A stretch of DNA of 64,000 nucleotides from an uncultured Flavobacterium sp. (GCA_963509895.1 CAUPCW010000003.1:31575-95574), one strand, 5' to 3'; positions 18,970 to 29,298 are shown, counted from the first letter of the stretch. Notes: generated by a model from the sequence alone, not told the origin. Numbers and translations are program-made.

Positions 18970-19839
18970 ATGAAAGGAATAATACTAGCCGGTGGATCCG
19001 GTACTCGTTTGCATCCGTTAACACTTGCGATGAGCAAGCAGATGATGCCGGTTTATGATAAGCCAATGATTTATTATCCGTTGTCGACCTTGATGTTGGC
19101 GGGGATTCATGAAATATTGATTATTTCGACTCCTCACGACTTGCCCAATTTTAAAAAATTATTGGGTGATGGGAGTCAAATTGGGTGTCAATTCAGCTAT
19201 GCTGAGCAAGCAATTCCCAATGGACTAGCGCAAGCTTTTGTGATTGGGGAAGACTTTATCGGTGCGGATTCGGTTGCCTTAGTTTTGGGAGATAACATTT
19301 TCTTTGGGGCGAATATGCATGAGTTGTTGCAATCGAATACGAATCCAGAAGGAGGTGTAGTTTTTGCGTATCATGTTTCGGATCCTGAACGTTATGGGGT
19401 GGTGGAGTTTGATAAAGACCAAAATGCCCTTTCTATTGAAGAAAAGCCATTGGAACCCAAATCTAATTTTGCTGTTCCGGGATTGTATTTTTATGATAAT
19501 TCGGTAGTGGAAATTGCCAAAAACATTCAGCCTAGTGCTAGAGGTGAATATGAAATTACAGATGTGAACAAAGTGTATTTGGCACAAGGAAAACTAAAAG
19601 TGGGTATTCTAAGTAGAGGAACCGCTTGGTTGGATACGGGTACTTTTTCCAGTTTGATGCAAGCGGGTCAATTTGTGCAAGTACTAGAAGAACGTCAAGG
19701 ATTAAAAGTAGGTTGTATTGAAGAAATTGCTTGGCGACAAGGCTTTATTTCTGATGCTGAATTAAAAGCTATCGCGGAACCTTTGCGTAAATCGGGTTAT
19801 GGTGACTATTTGTTGGGCTTGTTGAAGCAAACGATGTAG
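18970..19839 (+). CDS. rfbA: Glucose-1-phosphate thymidylyltransferase
   Basis: [39 protein letters not shown]-like [15 protein letters not shown]. Confidence 0.98.
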   Translation: MKGIILAGGSGTRLHPLTLAMSKQMMPVYDKPMIYYPLSTLMLAGIHEILIISTPHDLPNFKKLLGDGSQIGCQFSYAEQAIPNGLAQAFVIGEDFIGADSVALVLGDNIFFGANMHELLQSNTNPEGGVVFAYHVSDPERYGVVEFDKDQNALSIEEKPLEPKSNFAVPGLYFYDNSVVEIAKNIQPSARGEYEITDVNKVYLAQGKLKVGILSRGTAWLDTGTFSSLMQAGQFVQVLEERQGLKVGCIEEIAWRQGFISDAELKAIAEPLRKSGYGDYLLGLLKQTM

Positions 19840-19846
19840 GTTTTTG

Positions 19847-19944
19847 GGTGTTAGGTGATAGGTGTTGGGTAATAGGTTTTAGGTGTTGGGTAATAGGTTT
19901 TGGGTAATAGGTTTTAGGTCTTGGGTAATGGGTGTTGGGTTAGT
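19847..19944 (+). repeat. 14 x GGT(N)(A/T)T(A/G)-type heptamer tract
   Basis: ggtgtta ggtgata ggtgttg ggtaata ...; reverse-complement type of the 55970-56102 tract. Confidence 0.9.
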
Positions 19945-20024
19945 GGTTTTTATAAATAGTTAACGATTTTATCATTATCCGTAAAACAAGTAATCAATTG
20001 ATTAGCAAAACGATTTATAAGTTA

Positions 20025-20527
20025 AACAATTCACCCGAATAATAAGTAATCAATTCAAAAAATAACCAATACAACGACTAAACGGTTAAACGATTAATCA
20101 TTTCGACGATTAACCATTTGAACAATTCACCCGAAAAGCAAGTAATCAATTCAAAAAGTAACTAGCACAACGATTAAACGGTTAAACGATTAACCCTTTC
20201 AACGATTAAACGGTTAAACGATTAATCATTTCGACGATTAACCATTTGAACGATTCACCCGAAAAGCAAGTAATCAATTCAAAAAGTAACTAGCACAACG
20301 ATTAAACGGTTAAACGATTAATCATTTCGACGATTAACCATTTGAACGATTCACCCGAAAAGCAAGTAATCAATTCAAAAAGTAACCAGCACAACGATTA
20401 AACGGTTAAACGATTAATCATTTCGACGATTAACCATTTGAACAATTCACCCGAAAAATAAGTAATCAATTCAAAAAGTAACCAGCACAACGATTAAACG
20501 GTTAAACGATTAACCCTTTCAACGATT
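20025..20527. repeat. Tandem array of ~5 copies of a 96-bp unit (one copy carries a 32-bp insert)
   Basis: ATTCACCCG anchors at 20029, 20125, 20253, 20349, 20445 (spacings 96, 128, 96, 96). Confidence 0.93.
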
Positions 20528-20639
20528 ACCAGTTAATCAGCAATAAATACCACTGGTAGGATATATTAACATTTTTCTTGTCCATGCTTTCCCAATAATT
20601 TGTATTTTTGTTTTAATTAATTTATAAAGAAATTCTATT

Positions 20640-22583
20640 TTGAGTACAGCTACACAAAATTTTTTCTCTAGGGCGAATCTGAAATTTAATATCCATAATC
20701 TGAGTTATTTGCCTAGGTGGATTATAGTGGTGATGGATGCCATGGTGCTTAATGTCTCTTTTTTCTTTACGGTCCTGATTTTTAAAGGGACAGGTTTAGA
20801 ATATATACTTACCCCGCATTACTTGATTTACATCTGTTTATTGATGGCGGTAAATGTGTTTTTCTTTTGGTTGTTTCGAACTTATTCGGGAATCATTCGG
20901 CACTCTTCTTATATTGATGCTGTAAAGTTGTTGTTTTCTCAGTTGGCAGTATTGGTGGTTTTTTTGATAGGTAACTTTTTTTATGAAATAAGTACGGGAG
21001 AGAAAGCAATCTTAAATACGGCTTTATTTATTAATATCGTACTTTCTTTTTGTGGGTTGTTTTTGTACCGAGTAGTGGTAAAACAGACTTTCGAGTTGTA
21101 TTTTTCAGACAAGGGTACCAATAAACTAATCCGTACGATTATTTATGGAACAGATGCGAATGCCATTTCAGTAGCCAATGCTTTGAAATTTGAAACCCCA
21201 ACTCGATTTAAGATAGTAGGTTTTGTGGACAAGAATAATTTGAACTCTAATAAGCGAATGTTGGATTTGCCTATATTGATTCAAAAGAAAAAGTTACCCA
21301 CTTTAATGCGTTCCGTTGGAGCAGAAGCCATTATTATTGCCGACAAGTCTTTGACTAAAGAAGAACAATTATTGATTGTAGATAAGTGTTTAGAGTATAA
21401 TTATCGTGTGTATACCGTACCTTTGATATCGAATTGGGAAAACCAAAAAGAAATTTCTGACAAGGTAAAAAACATACAGATTGAAGACCTTTTGGAACGA
21501 AATCCTATTATTTTGGATAATAAAACGATTTCTAAGGATTTAAAAGAAAAAACGATTATGATTACGGGTGCGGCCGGTTCCATAGGGAGTGAAATTGTGC
21601 GCCAAGTGATTCATTTTAAGCCCGAAGCTATTGTTTTAGTTGATCAAGCGGAAACTCCTTTACATCAGCTAACGCTTGAGTTGGGAGAAATTGTTACTGA
21701 AACCAAATTGCATAGTGTGATTGCGGATGTTCGTAACAAAGAAGTGATGAAAAGAGTTTTCAAAGAGTTTCAGCCCCAAGTGGTGTATCATGCCGCGGCC
21801 TACAAGCATGTGCCTTTGATGGAAGATAATCCCGCACAAGCCATACAAACCAATGTAGAAGGTACCAAAAACGTAGCAGATTTAGCTTGTGAATTTAGAA
21901 CCAAAAAATTTGTTATGGTCTCAACCGATAAGGCTGTTAATCCTAGCAATGTAATGGGGGCAAGTAAGCGTATTGCTGAAAAATATGTACAATCGTTACA
22001 GTTGAGAAGCATCAAGGAAAATAACGGAAAGGGGACTAAATTTATTACGACCCGTTTTGGGAATGTATTAGGGTCTAACGGCTCCGTAGTGCCTTTGTTT
22101 ACTAAACAAATTGCAGCTGGTGGACCTGTAACTATTACCCATCAAGATATTATTCGTTATTTTATGACGATACCCGAAGCTTGTCAGTTGGTGCTAGAAG
22201 CAGGATCTATGGGAAAAGGAGGGGAAATCTATATTTTTGACATGGGGAAACCGGTTAAGATAATCGATTTAGCTCGCAAAATGATCAAATTGGCTGGGTT
22301 TATTCCTGATAAAGATATTCCGATAAAAATTGTGGGTTTGCGTCCAGGTGAGAAATTATATGAAGAGTTATTAAATGACACCTCTAAAACAATTCCAACC
22401 TATCATGAAAAAATTATGATTGCTGAGGAAATTCAAGAGGAATTCGAAAGCTTGCATATTGAAATTGAGGAACTCATCGGCATGTCGCCTTTCTTTGGCA
22501 ATGATGATATAGTAGGCAAAATGAAAAAAATTGTCCCTGAGTTTAAAAGCATGAATTCTACCTATCAGTTCTTGGATAAATAA
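20640..22583 (+). CDS. CapD/WbpM/PglF-like nucleoside-diphosphate sugar epimerase/dehydratase
   Basis: N-terminal TM segments, IEDLLER, ITGAAGSIGSE, HAAAYKHVP, STDKAVNP, RFGNVLGSNGSV, RPGEKLYEEL. Confidence 0.95.
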   Translation: MSTATQNFFSRANLKFNIHNLSYLPRWIIVVMDAMVLNVSFFFTVLIFKGTGLEYILTPHYLIYICLLMAVNVFFFWLFRTYSGIIRHSSYIDAVKLLFSQLAVLVVFLIGNFFYEISTGEKAILNTALFINIVLSFCGLFLYRVVVKQTFELYFSDKGTNKLIRTIIYGTDANAISVANALKFETPTRFKIVGFVDKNNLNSNKRMLDLPILIQKKKLPTLMRSVGAEAIIIADKSLTKEEQLLIVDKCLEYNYRVYTVPLISNWENQKEISDKVKNIQIEDLLERNPIILDNKTISKDLKEKTIMITGAAGSIGSEIVRQVIHFKPEAIVLVDQAETPLHQLTLELGEIVTETKLHSVIADVRNKEVMKRVFKEFQPQVVYHAAAYKHVPLMEDNPAQAIQTNVEGTKNVADLACEFRTKKFVMVSTDKAVNPSNVMGASKRIAEKYVQSLQLRSIKENNGKGTKFITTRFGNVLGSNGSVVPLFTKQIAAGGPVTITHQDIIRYFMTIPEACQLVLEAGSMGKGGEIYIFDMGKPVKIIDLARKMIKLAGFIPDKDIPIKIVGLRPGEKLYEELLNDTSKTIPTYHEKIMIAEEIQEEFESLHIEIEELIGMSPFFGNDDIVGKMKKIVPEFKSMNSTYQFLDK

Positions 22584-22793
22584 TTTTTTTGGTTAATTGT
22601 TTAAAAGTTTAACCGCAAAATTCGCAAAGGATTACGCTGGGGTCGCTATTGTATTGCGCAGTGAGAAAGTGGTCAGTGTAAGTTTTTGCCAAGGTCAAAA
22701 CATTAAGTGTTATTCATCTACGAAATATAAAGCCCTTTCAGTGTCTTGCGCGCTGAAAGGGTTTTTCATTGTATAGGATTAGAAGATTATAGT

Positions 22794-22801
22794 TATCTTT
22801 G
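22794..22801 (+). promoter_or_regulatory. Bacteroidota -7 promoter element upstream of the wzm operon
   Basis: TATCTTTG. Confidence 0.55.
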
Positions 22802-22860
22802 TCGTAAACAAGATAGAAATCTGTTGTTACTGATTTTTAGCTATAGCTTTTGCATCCAAA

Positions 22861-23730
22861 ATGAATACCACTCCTACCCCAAATGAAGATTGGTTGTTTG
22901 AAATAACACCCAAGAATTCTTTTTTTTCGTTGCCTCTGAAAGAGGTGTGGCGCTATCGCGATTTGTTGTTGCTGTTCGTGAAACGCGATATTGTAACGGT
23001 ATACAAACAAACCGTTTTGGGACCTCTTTGGTACTTGATTCAGCCCTTATTTACTTCGATTACTTTTACCATCATTTTTAATTCGGTTGCAGGAATCGAA
23101 ACGGGAACGGTGCCTCCATTTTTATTCAATATGGCTGGGATCACAGTTTGGAACTATTTTACCGCTTGTTTGAATGGTACTTCCGACACGTTTAGAGCCA
23201 ATGCAGGGATTTTTGGAAAAGTCTATTTTCCCAGAATCATCACTCCCATTTCTATAGTAGTTTCCAATTTAGTAAAGTTGGGGATACAGGTGCTTATTTT
23301 TCTAGTCTTTTATGTTTATTTTTATGTTCAAGGAGCGGGTGTAAATATGCATTGGACAGTAGTTTTTTTTCCATTACTTATTCTTGTTATGGGAATTTTA
23401 GGCTTAGGTTTAGGGATGATTATCTCTTCCTTGGTGACCAAATACCGCGATTTTACCCATTTAATCGGTTTTGGAGTACAACTGTTGATGTATTTATCGG
23501 CTGTAATGTATCCACTGGCATTGATTCAAGACAAACTGCCTAAATACGGATGGCTCGTGCATTATAATCCTTTGGCTTATATCATCGAAACGTCACGTTA
23601 TATGTTGCTAAATGTGGGAACCTTGTCTGTAAAAGGACTGCTTTTTACTTTTGTAGTTACGATACTTGTTTTCTTTGTAGGACTTCTCGTTTTTAATCGA
23701 ACCGAGAAAAGTTTTATTGATACGGTGTAG
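22861..23730 (+). CDS. wzm: ABC-2 polysaccharide exporter permease
   Basis: EVWRYRDLL, YKQTVLGPLW, KVYFPR, KYRDF, YNPL. Confidence 0.93.
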   Translation: MNTTPTPNEDWLFEITPKNSFFSLPLKEVWRYRDLLLLFVKRDIVTVYKQTVLGPLWYLIQPLFTSITFTIIFNSVAGIETGTVPPFLFNMAGITVWNYFTACLNGTSDTFRANAGIFGKVYFPRIITPISIVVSNLVKLGIQVLIFLVFYVYFYVQGAGVNMHWTVVFFPLLILVMGILGLGLGMIISSLVTKYRDFTHLIGFGVQLLMYLSAVMYPLALIQDKLPKYGWLVHYNPLAYIIETSRYMLLNVGTLSVKGLLFTFVVTILVFFVGLLVFNRTEKSFIDTV

Positions 23731-23907
23731 CCCCCTAACCCCAAAGGGGGAAAAGTGTAGCTAAAAGCCGTAAAGTAGGGTTGCATCATTTTAAAAGATT
23801 TCATTTGAAATTTAAGTATAGTTTGAAATTTGAGGTTATTGAATAGTAATTTAGCAGTCAATTTTTTGAATTTTGGAAATATTAAAACACTAAATAATTG
23901 ATTAATC

Positions 23908-25284
23908 GTGAACGGTAAACAGGACATTTCAACTCCTTTAATATCTCCTTCGGGAGCCAGTAGGCAACTCTCCAATGATGTGCTGTCCTCTACTTCAACT
24001 CTCCCTTATGGGGGCGGGGGCGCTGTTATCTTAAAAGCCGAAAACATCTCCAAACAATACCGTTTAGGTACCGTTGGGACAGGTACGCTAAGTCACGACT
24101 TGAACCGTTGGTGGTACAAAATACGAGGAAAAGAAGATCCTTATTTGAGAATTGGAGAGACTAATGATCGAACCACAAAAGGAGTGTCGGATTATGTATG
24201 GGCTTTGCAAGACATTAATTTTGAGGTACAACGAGGCGAAGTGTTGGGAATCATAGGTAAGAATGGCGCTGGGAAATCGACTTTGTTGAAGATTTTATCC
24301 AAAGTAACCGCACCAACCACGGGGAGCATCAAATCACGGGGACGTATTGCCTCTTTATTGGAAGTAGGTACTGGATTTAATGGTGAACTCACTGGTCGTG
24401 AGAATGTCTATTTGAATGGTGCGATTCTGGGTATGACCAAAAAAGAAATCACCCAGAAATTAGAAGAAATTATCGCTTTTTCAGGTTGTGAGCGTTATAT
24501 TGATACTCCAGTTAAACGCTACAGCAGCGGAATGACAGTACGTTTGGCCTTTGCCGTCGCCGCATTTCTAGAACCTGAAATATTAGTAATCGATGAGGTA
24601 TTAGCCGTAGGCGACGCCGAATTCCAAAAGAAAGCCATTGGAAAAATGCAAGACATCTCCAAAGGCGAAGGAAGAACGGTCTTGTTTGTGAGTCATAATA
24701 TGGCGGCGGTGAAGAGTTTGTGTACGAGGGGGATTGTGATGGAGCAGGGGATGATTCTATTTAATGGAGATACACAGAGTGCATTAGATTTTTATAATAG
24801 CAGGTTTTTAGAGGATACCGATTTTATATATAATGGAAAAATTGGTTCTAATTATATAGAACAATTGTATCTGTTTTCAGAAAAGAAAAATAAAATTTTA
24901 AGATCGATTGAAAAAGAAGATGAAGAGGTTTTTTTATATGTAAATATTGTAATGGCCTTTCAAAATGGTTACACTTTAGGCTTTACCATTTTCAATACGG
25001 ATGGCATTGCAATAGTATCAATGCCTCCTTTTGAAGATTTCTCTAAGGATACAAATAATAAAGCATTTGTAAAAATTAAATTACCAATTGAAATTTTAAA
25101 AGCAGGAACTTATTATTTAGAAGGAATATTTTGTCGAAGTAATGATGTTTTTGATAGAAACGATAGTTTTATAAAAATAGTTATAGAACCCAAGAATCGT
25201 TTTGAAATGTCTGGACAAGGTATATTAGGATTATTATTAAATAATAACGATTGGTCAGAAAGAAAACAGGATGAGAGAATATGA
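23908..25284 (+). CDS. wzt: ABC polysaccharide exporter ATP-binding subunit with C-terminal Wzt_C-like domain
   Basis: GKNGAGKST, YSSGM, LVIDEVLAVGD, VSH; start uncertain (GTG 23908 or GTG 23980). Confidence 0.93.
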   Translation: MNGKQDISTPLISPSGASRQLSNDVLSSTSTLPYGGGGAVILKAENISKQYRLGTVGTGTLSHDLNRWWYKIRGKEDPYLRIGETNDRTTKGVSDYVWALQDINFEVQRGEVLGIIGKNGAGKSTLLKILSKVTAPTTGSIKSRGRIASLLEVGTGFNGELTGRENVYLNGAILGMTKKEITQKLEEIIAFSGCERYIDTPVKRYSSGMTVRLAFAVAAFLEPEILVIDEVLAVGDAEFQKKAIGKMQDISKGEGRTVLFVSHNMAAVKSLCTRGIVMEQGMILFNGDTQSALDFYNSRFLEDTDFIYNGKIGSNYIEQLYLFSEKKNKILRSIEKEDEEVFLYVNIVMAFQNGYTLGFTIFNTDGIAIVSMPPFEDFSKDTNNKAFVKIKLPIEILKAGTYYLEGIFCRSNDVFDRNDSFIKIVIEPKNRFEMSGQGILGLLLNNNDWSERKQDERI

Positions 25285-26377
25285 TTTTTTAATAGTTGGT
25301 TCAGGACTTTTTGGTGCTGTATGCGCAAGAGAATTAACTATGGCAGGGTTTAAATGTTTGGTAGTAGAAAAGCGAAATCATATAGGAGGGAATATATACA
25401 CTGAAACCATTGAAGGAATAAATGTGCATAAGTATGGTGCTCATATTTTTCATACCAACGATAAAAAAATATGGGATTATATAAACCAATTTGCTGAATT
25501 TAATAATTATAGAAATTCCCCTATTGCCTTATATCGAAATCGCTTGTTTAATTTGCCATTTAATATGAACACTTTTTATCAGTTATGGGGTGTAACAAAG
25601 CCAGAGGAAGCCAAGAGTATCATTCAAAATCAGATTGAGGAATATAATTGCAGCTCTCCTAGGAACTTAGAAGAACAAGCGATAAACTTAGTTGGTAAAG
25701 ACGTTTATGAAGCTTTGATAAAGGATTATACTGAAAAACAATGGGGTAGGCCTGCAACAGAATTGCCTGCTTTTATAATAAAACGCTTACCGCTACGATT
25801 TACCTTTGATAATAATTATTTTAATGACAAATACCAAGGGATTCCTATGGGAGGATACACTCCGATTATAGAAAAAATGTTAGACGGAATTCCTGTAGAG
25901 TTAGAGAAAGATTTTTTAAAAAATCGCTCAGAATATCAATCAAAAGCAAAGAAAATCATTTATACTGGAGCTATAGATGCATTTTATGATTACAAATTGG
26001 GCACATTAGATTACCGAAGCTTGAATTTTCAAAGTGAAAGCTTAGCTATTGATAATTATCAAGGAAATGCAGTAGTAAATCATATTGATAAGGAAATACC
26101 TTATACTAGGATTATTGAACATAAACATTTTGAATTTGGAACACAACCCAGCACTATTATAACTAAAGAATTTCCAAAGGAATGGAAATTAGGGGATGAA
26201 CCTTATTACCCTATTAATGATCAGAAAAATGATGATTTATCTGAAGCATATAAAACTTTATCTAAGAAAGAGGGAAATGTCTATTTTGGTGGAAGATTAG
26301 CTGAATATCGTTATTATGATATGCATCAAGTGATTGCATCAGCTTTGAATTTGATAAAAAAAATTAAGTCATCATGA
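25271..26377 (+). CDS. glf: UDP-galactopyranose mutase
   Basis: IVGSGLFG, HKYGAHIFHT, RLPLRFTFDNNYF, EPYYP, GRLAEYRYYDM. Confidence 0.97.
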   Translation: MREYDFLIVGSGLFGAVCARELTMAGFKCLVVEKRNHIGGNIYTETIEGINVHKYGAHIFHTNDKKIWDYINQFAEFNNYRNSPIALYRNRLFNLPFNMNTFYQLWGVTKPEEAKSIIQNQIEEYNCSSPRNLEEQAINLVGKDVYEALIKDYTEKQWGRPATELPAFIIKRLPLRFTFDNNYFNDKYQGIPMGGYTPIIEKMLDGIPVELEKDFLKNRSEYQSKAKKIIYTGAIDAFYDYKLGTLDYRSLNFQSESLAIDNYQGNAVVNHIDKEIPYTRIIEHKHFEFGTQPSTIITKEFPKEWKLGDEPYYPINDQKNDDLSEAYKTLSKKEGNVYFGGRLAEYRYYDMHQVIASALNLIKKIKSS

Positions 26378-27474
26378 TCAAAGATAAAATTTTGATTTTT
26401 CATTCATTTACCCCAAATATAAATATTGGAGGACCTACTGGATTTTTTGCACACAATCTAATTGGAAGTAAAGGGGGAAATTATATTCTTAGTTCTCAGC
26501 TACAAAAGCGAAATAAATTAATTGATAAAGTTTTAAAAAAAGTACAACTTCTAGTCCATAAGAATACAAATGATTTTTTCAAAAATGAACTTGAAAGGAT
26601 TTCTAATGTTTACTTAACTCATAGATGTTCAGATTTTAAAATTATTTTTTTTCACACGTGTTTAGAGCTTTATGCGTGTAGACATTTTTTAAAAAAAAAT
26701 CAAATAATCATTTTGCAATCTCACTCTCCTGAGTTGCCATCAGAGGAACTCAAGGGGATTAGTAAGAATGAAGGCGAGATTTTATTTATGAAAGAAATTG
26801 AAAAATTTTCTTTTGACAGAGCTCAATATATAGTTTTTCCCAATGAAGGTTGCGTACCTATTTACAATTCAGTTTTAAAAGCTGAACATAAATTAGAGTT
26901 TTTGCTCTCAGGATCAAAAAAGAACGAGACTGTATTCGAATATCCTTTAGATAAGTCAAAAATAAATATTTTGTACATAGGAAGAAGGAATGCAATTAAA
27001 GGATTTGATATTATTTTAGACAATTTCAAGAAAGTTTATGAAGTAAGGAAAGATATCAGGTTAATTGTTGTAGGTAGCGGCGATTGTTTTGAGCAAGAAG
27101 GAGTAGTTGATGTAGGATTTTCTAGTACACCATTGGCATGGTATAATAGTGTTGATTATGTTATTAATTCTAATAGACAAAGTTATTTTGATTTATCAAT
27201 ATTAGAAGTGTTATCAATTGGAACTCCAATAATAATGGCATCAAATTTTGGGCATGCATTTTTTAAAGGAAAGTCTATGGGGATTTTAACGTTTGAAGAT
27301 GAAGGTAAGGGACTTTTTGATATTTTGATTCAATTAGAAAAGGATGAAATTAAAAAAGCGCAAATGATTCGAGAAAATTTAAAACTTTATAATGATTTAT
27401 TTACGGATGTTCATTATCAAGAAAGATTAGAGGAGATATCAAAAAAAATAGTTATTAATTCTGAGTATGAATAG
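26374..27474 (+). CDS. Glycosyltransferase family 4-like
   Basis: YIGRRNAIKGFD, SYFDLSILEVLSIGTPII. Confidence 0.75.
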   Translation: MIKDKILIFHSFTPNINIGGPTGFFAHNLIGSKGGNYILSSQLQKRNKLIDKVLKKVQLLVHKNTNDFFKNELERISNVYLTHRCSDFKIIFFHTCLELYACRHFLKKNQIIILQSHSPELPSEELKGISKNEGEILFMKEIEKFSFDRAQYIVFPNEGCVPIYNSVLKAEHKLEFLLSGSKKNETVFEYPLDKSKINILYIGRRNAIKGFDIILDNFKKVYEVRKDIRLIVVGSGDCFEQEGVVDVGFSSTPLAWYNSVDYVINSNRQSYFDLSILEVLSIGTPIIMASNFGHAFFKGKSMGILTFEDEGKGLFDILIQLEKDEIKKAQMIRENLKLYNDLFTDVHYQERLEEISKKIVINSEYE

Positions 27475-28285
27475 TAAAATATCCATCATCGTACCTTGTT
27501 ACAACCAAGCGGAGTATTTACCCGAGGCTTTACAATCAGTATTGAACCAAACGTATCAGAACTGGGAATGTATTATTGTAAACGATGGTAGTCCAGATAA
27601 TACAAAAGAGGTAGCTCTAGAATGGGTAAAGAAAGATTCTAGATTTATTTATTTGTATAAAGAAAATGGCGGATTGAGTAGTGCAAGGAATGCTGGTATT
27701 GCTAATGCAGAAGGAGAATTTATTTTGCCCTTAGATGCAGATGATAAAGTGGCACCGAAGTATTTAGAATTAGCCATACAATCTTTTGAAATTGATACTG
27801 CATTGAAAGTAGTATATTGCAAAGCAAAAAAGTTTGGAAATGAGTTGGGAATATGGCAATTGGCACCATTTTCTATTTATGATTTAGGCTTGTACAATAT
27901 GATTTTTTGTTCTGCTGTTTTTAAAAAGAAAGATTGGGAATTAGTAGGTGGTTATGATGTGAATTTGATTTATGGTCTGGAGGATTGGGAGTTTTGGATT
28001 GCTATATTAAAGAATGGTGGAGCGGTAAAATGTATAGATGAAGTTGGTTTTTATTATAGAATCAAAGAAAAATCAATGTTGAAATCGATGGAAATTCGAG
28101 AAGCTGATTTTTCAAAAGATTATATTAGAAGAAAACATTTAGATTTTTTTATTTCAAATTATTCCAAATTAAACCAAAAAAGAAAGAAAGCAGAAGAACA
28201 ACTTAAAAGTGAAAAATTTGTAATAAATCTTTTTGGTAAAACCTTTTTCAATTTTCAGCCATTTACTAAGCATAAAATAGAATAG
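27467..28285 (+). CDS. Glycosyltransferase family 2
   Basis: SIIVPCYN, VNDGSPD, NGGLSSARN, LDADD, EDWEFW. Confidence 0.93.
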   Translation: MNSKISIIVPCYNQAEYLPEALQSVLNQTYQNWECIIVNDGSPDNTKEVALEWVKKDSRFIYLYKENGGLSSARNAGIANAEGEFILPLDADDKVAPKYLELAIQSFEIDTALKVVYCKAKKFGNELGIWQLAPFSIYDLGLYNMIFCSAVFKKKDWELVGGYDVNLIYGLEDWEFWIAILKNGGAVKCIDEVGFYYRIKEKSMLKSMEIREADFSKDYIRRKHLDFFISNYSKLNQKRKKAEEQLKSEKFVINLFGKTFFNFQPFTKHKIE

Positions 28286-28299
28286 ATATTAAAAACAAT

Positions 28300-29298
28300 A
28301 TGGAAATAGCTTTTACAATTTGCTCCAATAATTATTTAGCAATGGCTAAGACCTTAGGAGATTCTTTTTTGAAATACCATCCCAACTGGAAGTTTATAAT
28401 CGGTTTAGTTGACGAATATGACAATTCTTTTGATTATAGCTCTTTAGCTAATTTTGAAATAATTAAAGTAAGTGAAATAAATGTTAGAGACTTTGACTGT
28501 TTAATTGAAAAATATAATATAATTGAATTAAATACAGCGGTTAAACCTTCCTATCTCAATTACATTTTCACTAATTATAATGCTCAAAAGTTAATTTATT
28601 TGGACCCAGATATATTGGTAGTTAGTTATTTAAAAGAATTAATAGAGGCACTTGATACTGTTGATATTGTAATCACTCCACATATATGTACACCTATCGA
28701 TGATGATTTTGCACCTACTGACTACCATACATTAAGAGGAGGTGTATATAATCTTGGTTTTATCGCTTTTGCAAGATATGAAAAAGTTAAGAACTTTATT
28801 GATTGGTGGAATGAGCGTGTTTTGAAATATGGTTATTGTGATTTTAGCAGAAATTTGTTTTATGACCAAATGTGGATAAACTATTTGCCCTCTATCTTCG
28901 ATAATTATTTGTTAATTAAGCATTATGGTTATAATATGGCCAATTGGAATTTACACGAAAGGGTCATTACAAATTCATTGAATGAAAATTATATAATAAA
29001 TGATTTAATTCCCCTCAGATTTTTTCATTTTAGCGGTTATAAATATAATAATCCAAACAAAATTGCTTCATATTTGACAAGGTACAGTTTTGAAACAAGA
29101 CCAGATTTGTTAGATTTATTTACGAATTACCATAAACTATTGGTTTCTAATCAAATTGAAAAGACAAGTAAATTAAATGTCGCTTATAAAATATTAAATG
29201 AAAACGCTAAATTAAAAAAAAATAAAAAACCTATTTCTAAAAGAATACTTCATCGAATTAAGGTTACAATAAAAGTTTTTTTTACTGGGAACAAATAG
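28300..29298 (+). CDS. Glycosyltransferase (GT-A-like)
   Basis: FTICSNNY, ELNTAVKP, YLDPDI, GVYNLGF, FYDQMW, GYNMANWN. Confidence 0.8.
   Translation: MEIAFTICSNNYLAMAKTLGDSFLKYHPNWKFIIGLVDEYDNSFDYSSLANFEIIKVSEINVRDFDCLIEKYNIIELNTAVKPSYLNYIFTNYNAQKLIYLDPDILVVSYLKELIEALDTVDIVITPHICTPIDDDFAPTDYHTLRGGVYNLGFIAFARYEKVKNFIDWWNERVLKYGYCDFSRNLFYDQMWINYLPSIFDNYLLIKHYGYNMANWNLHERVITNSLNENYIINDLIPLRFFHFSGYKYNNPNKIASYLTRYSFETRPDLLDLFTNYHKLLVSNQIEKTSKLNVAYKILNENAKLKKNKKPISKRILHRIKVTIKVFFTGNK

Noticed and set aside
20025-20527. CRISPR array interpretation of the 96-bp repeats
   Set aside because: Units are near-identical over their whole length, with no unique spacers and no cas genes in the window
26685-26699. 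Homopolymer (T6A9) as a phase-variation switch in a glycosyltransferase
   Set aside because: The gene is in frame, and such A/T runs are common in this AT-rich DNA; no specific support
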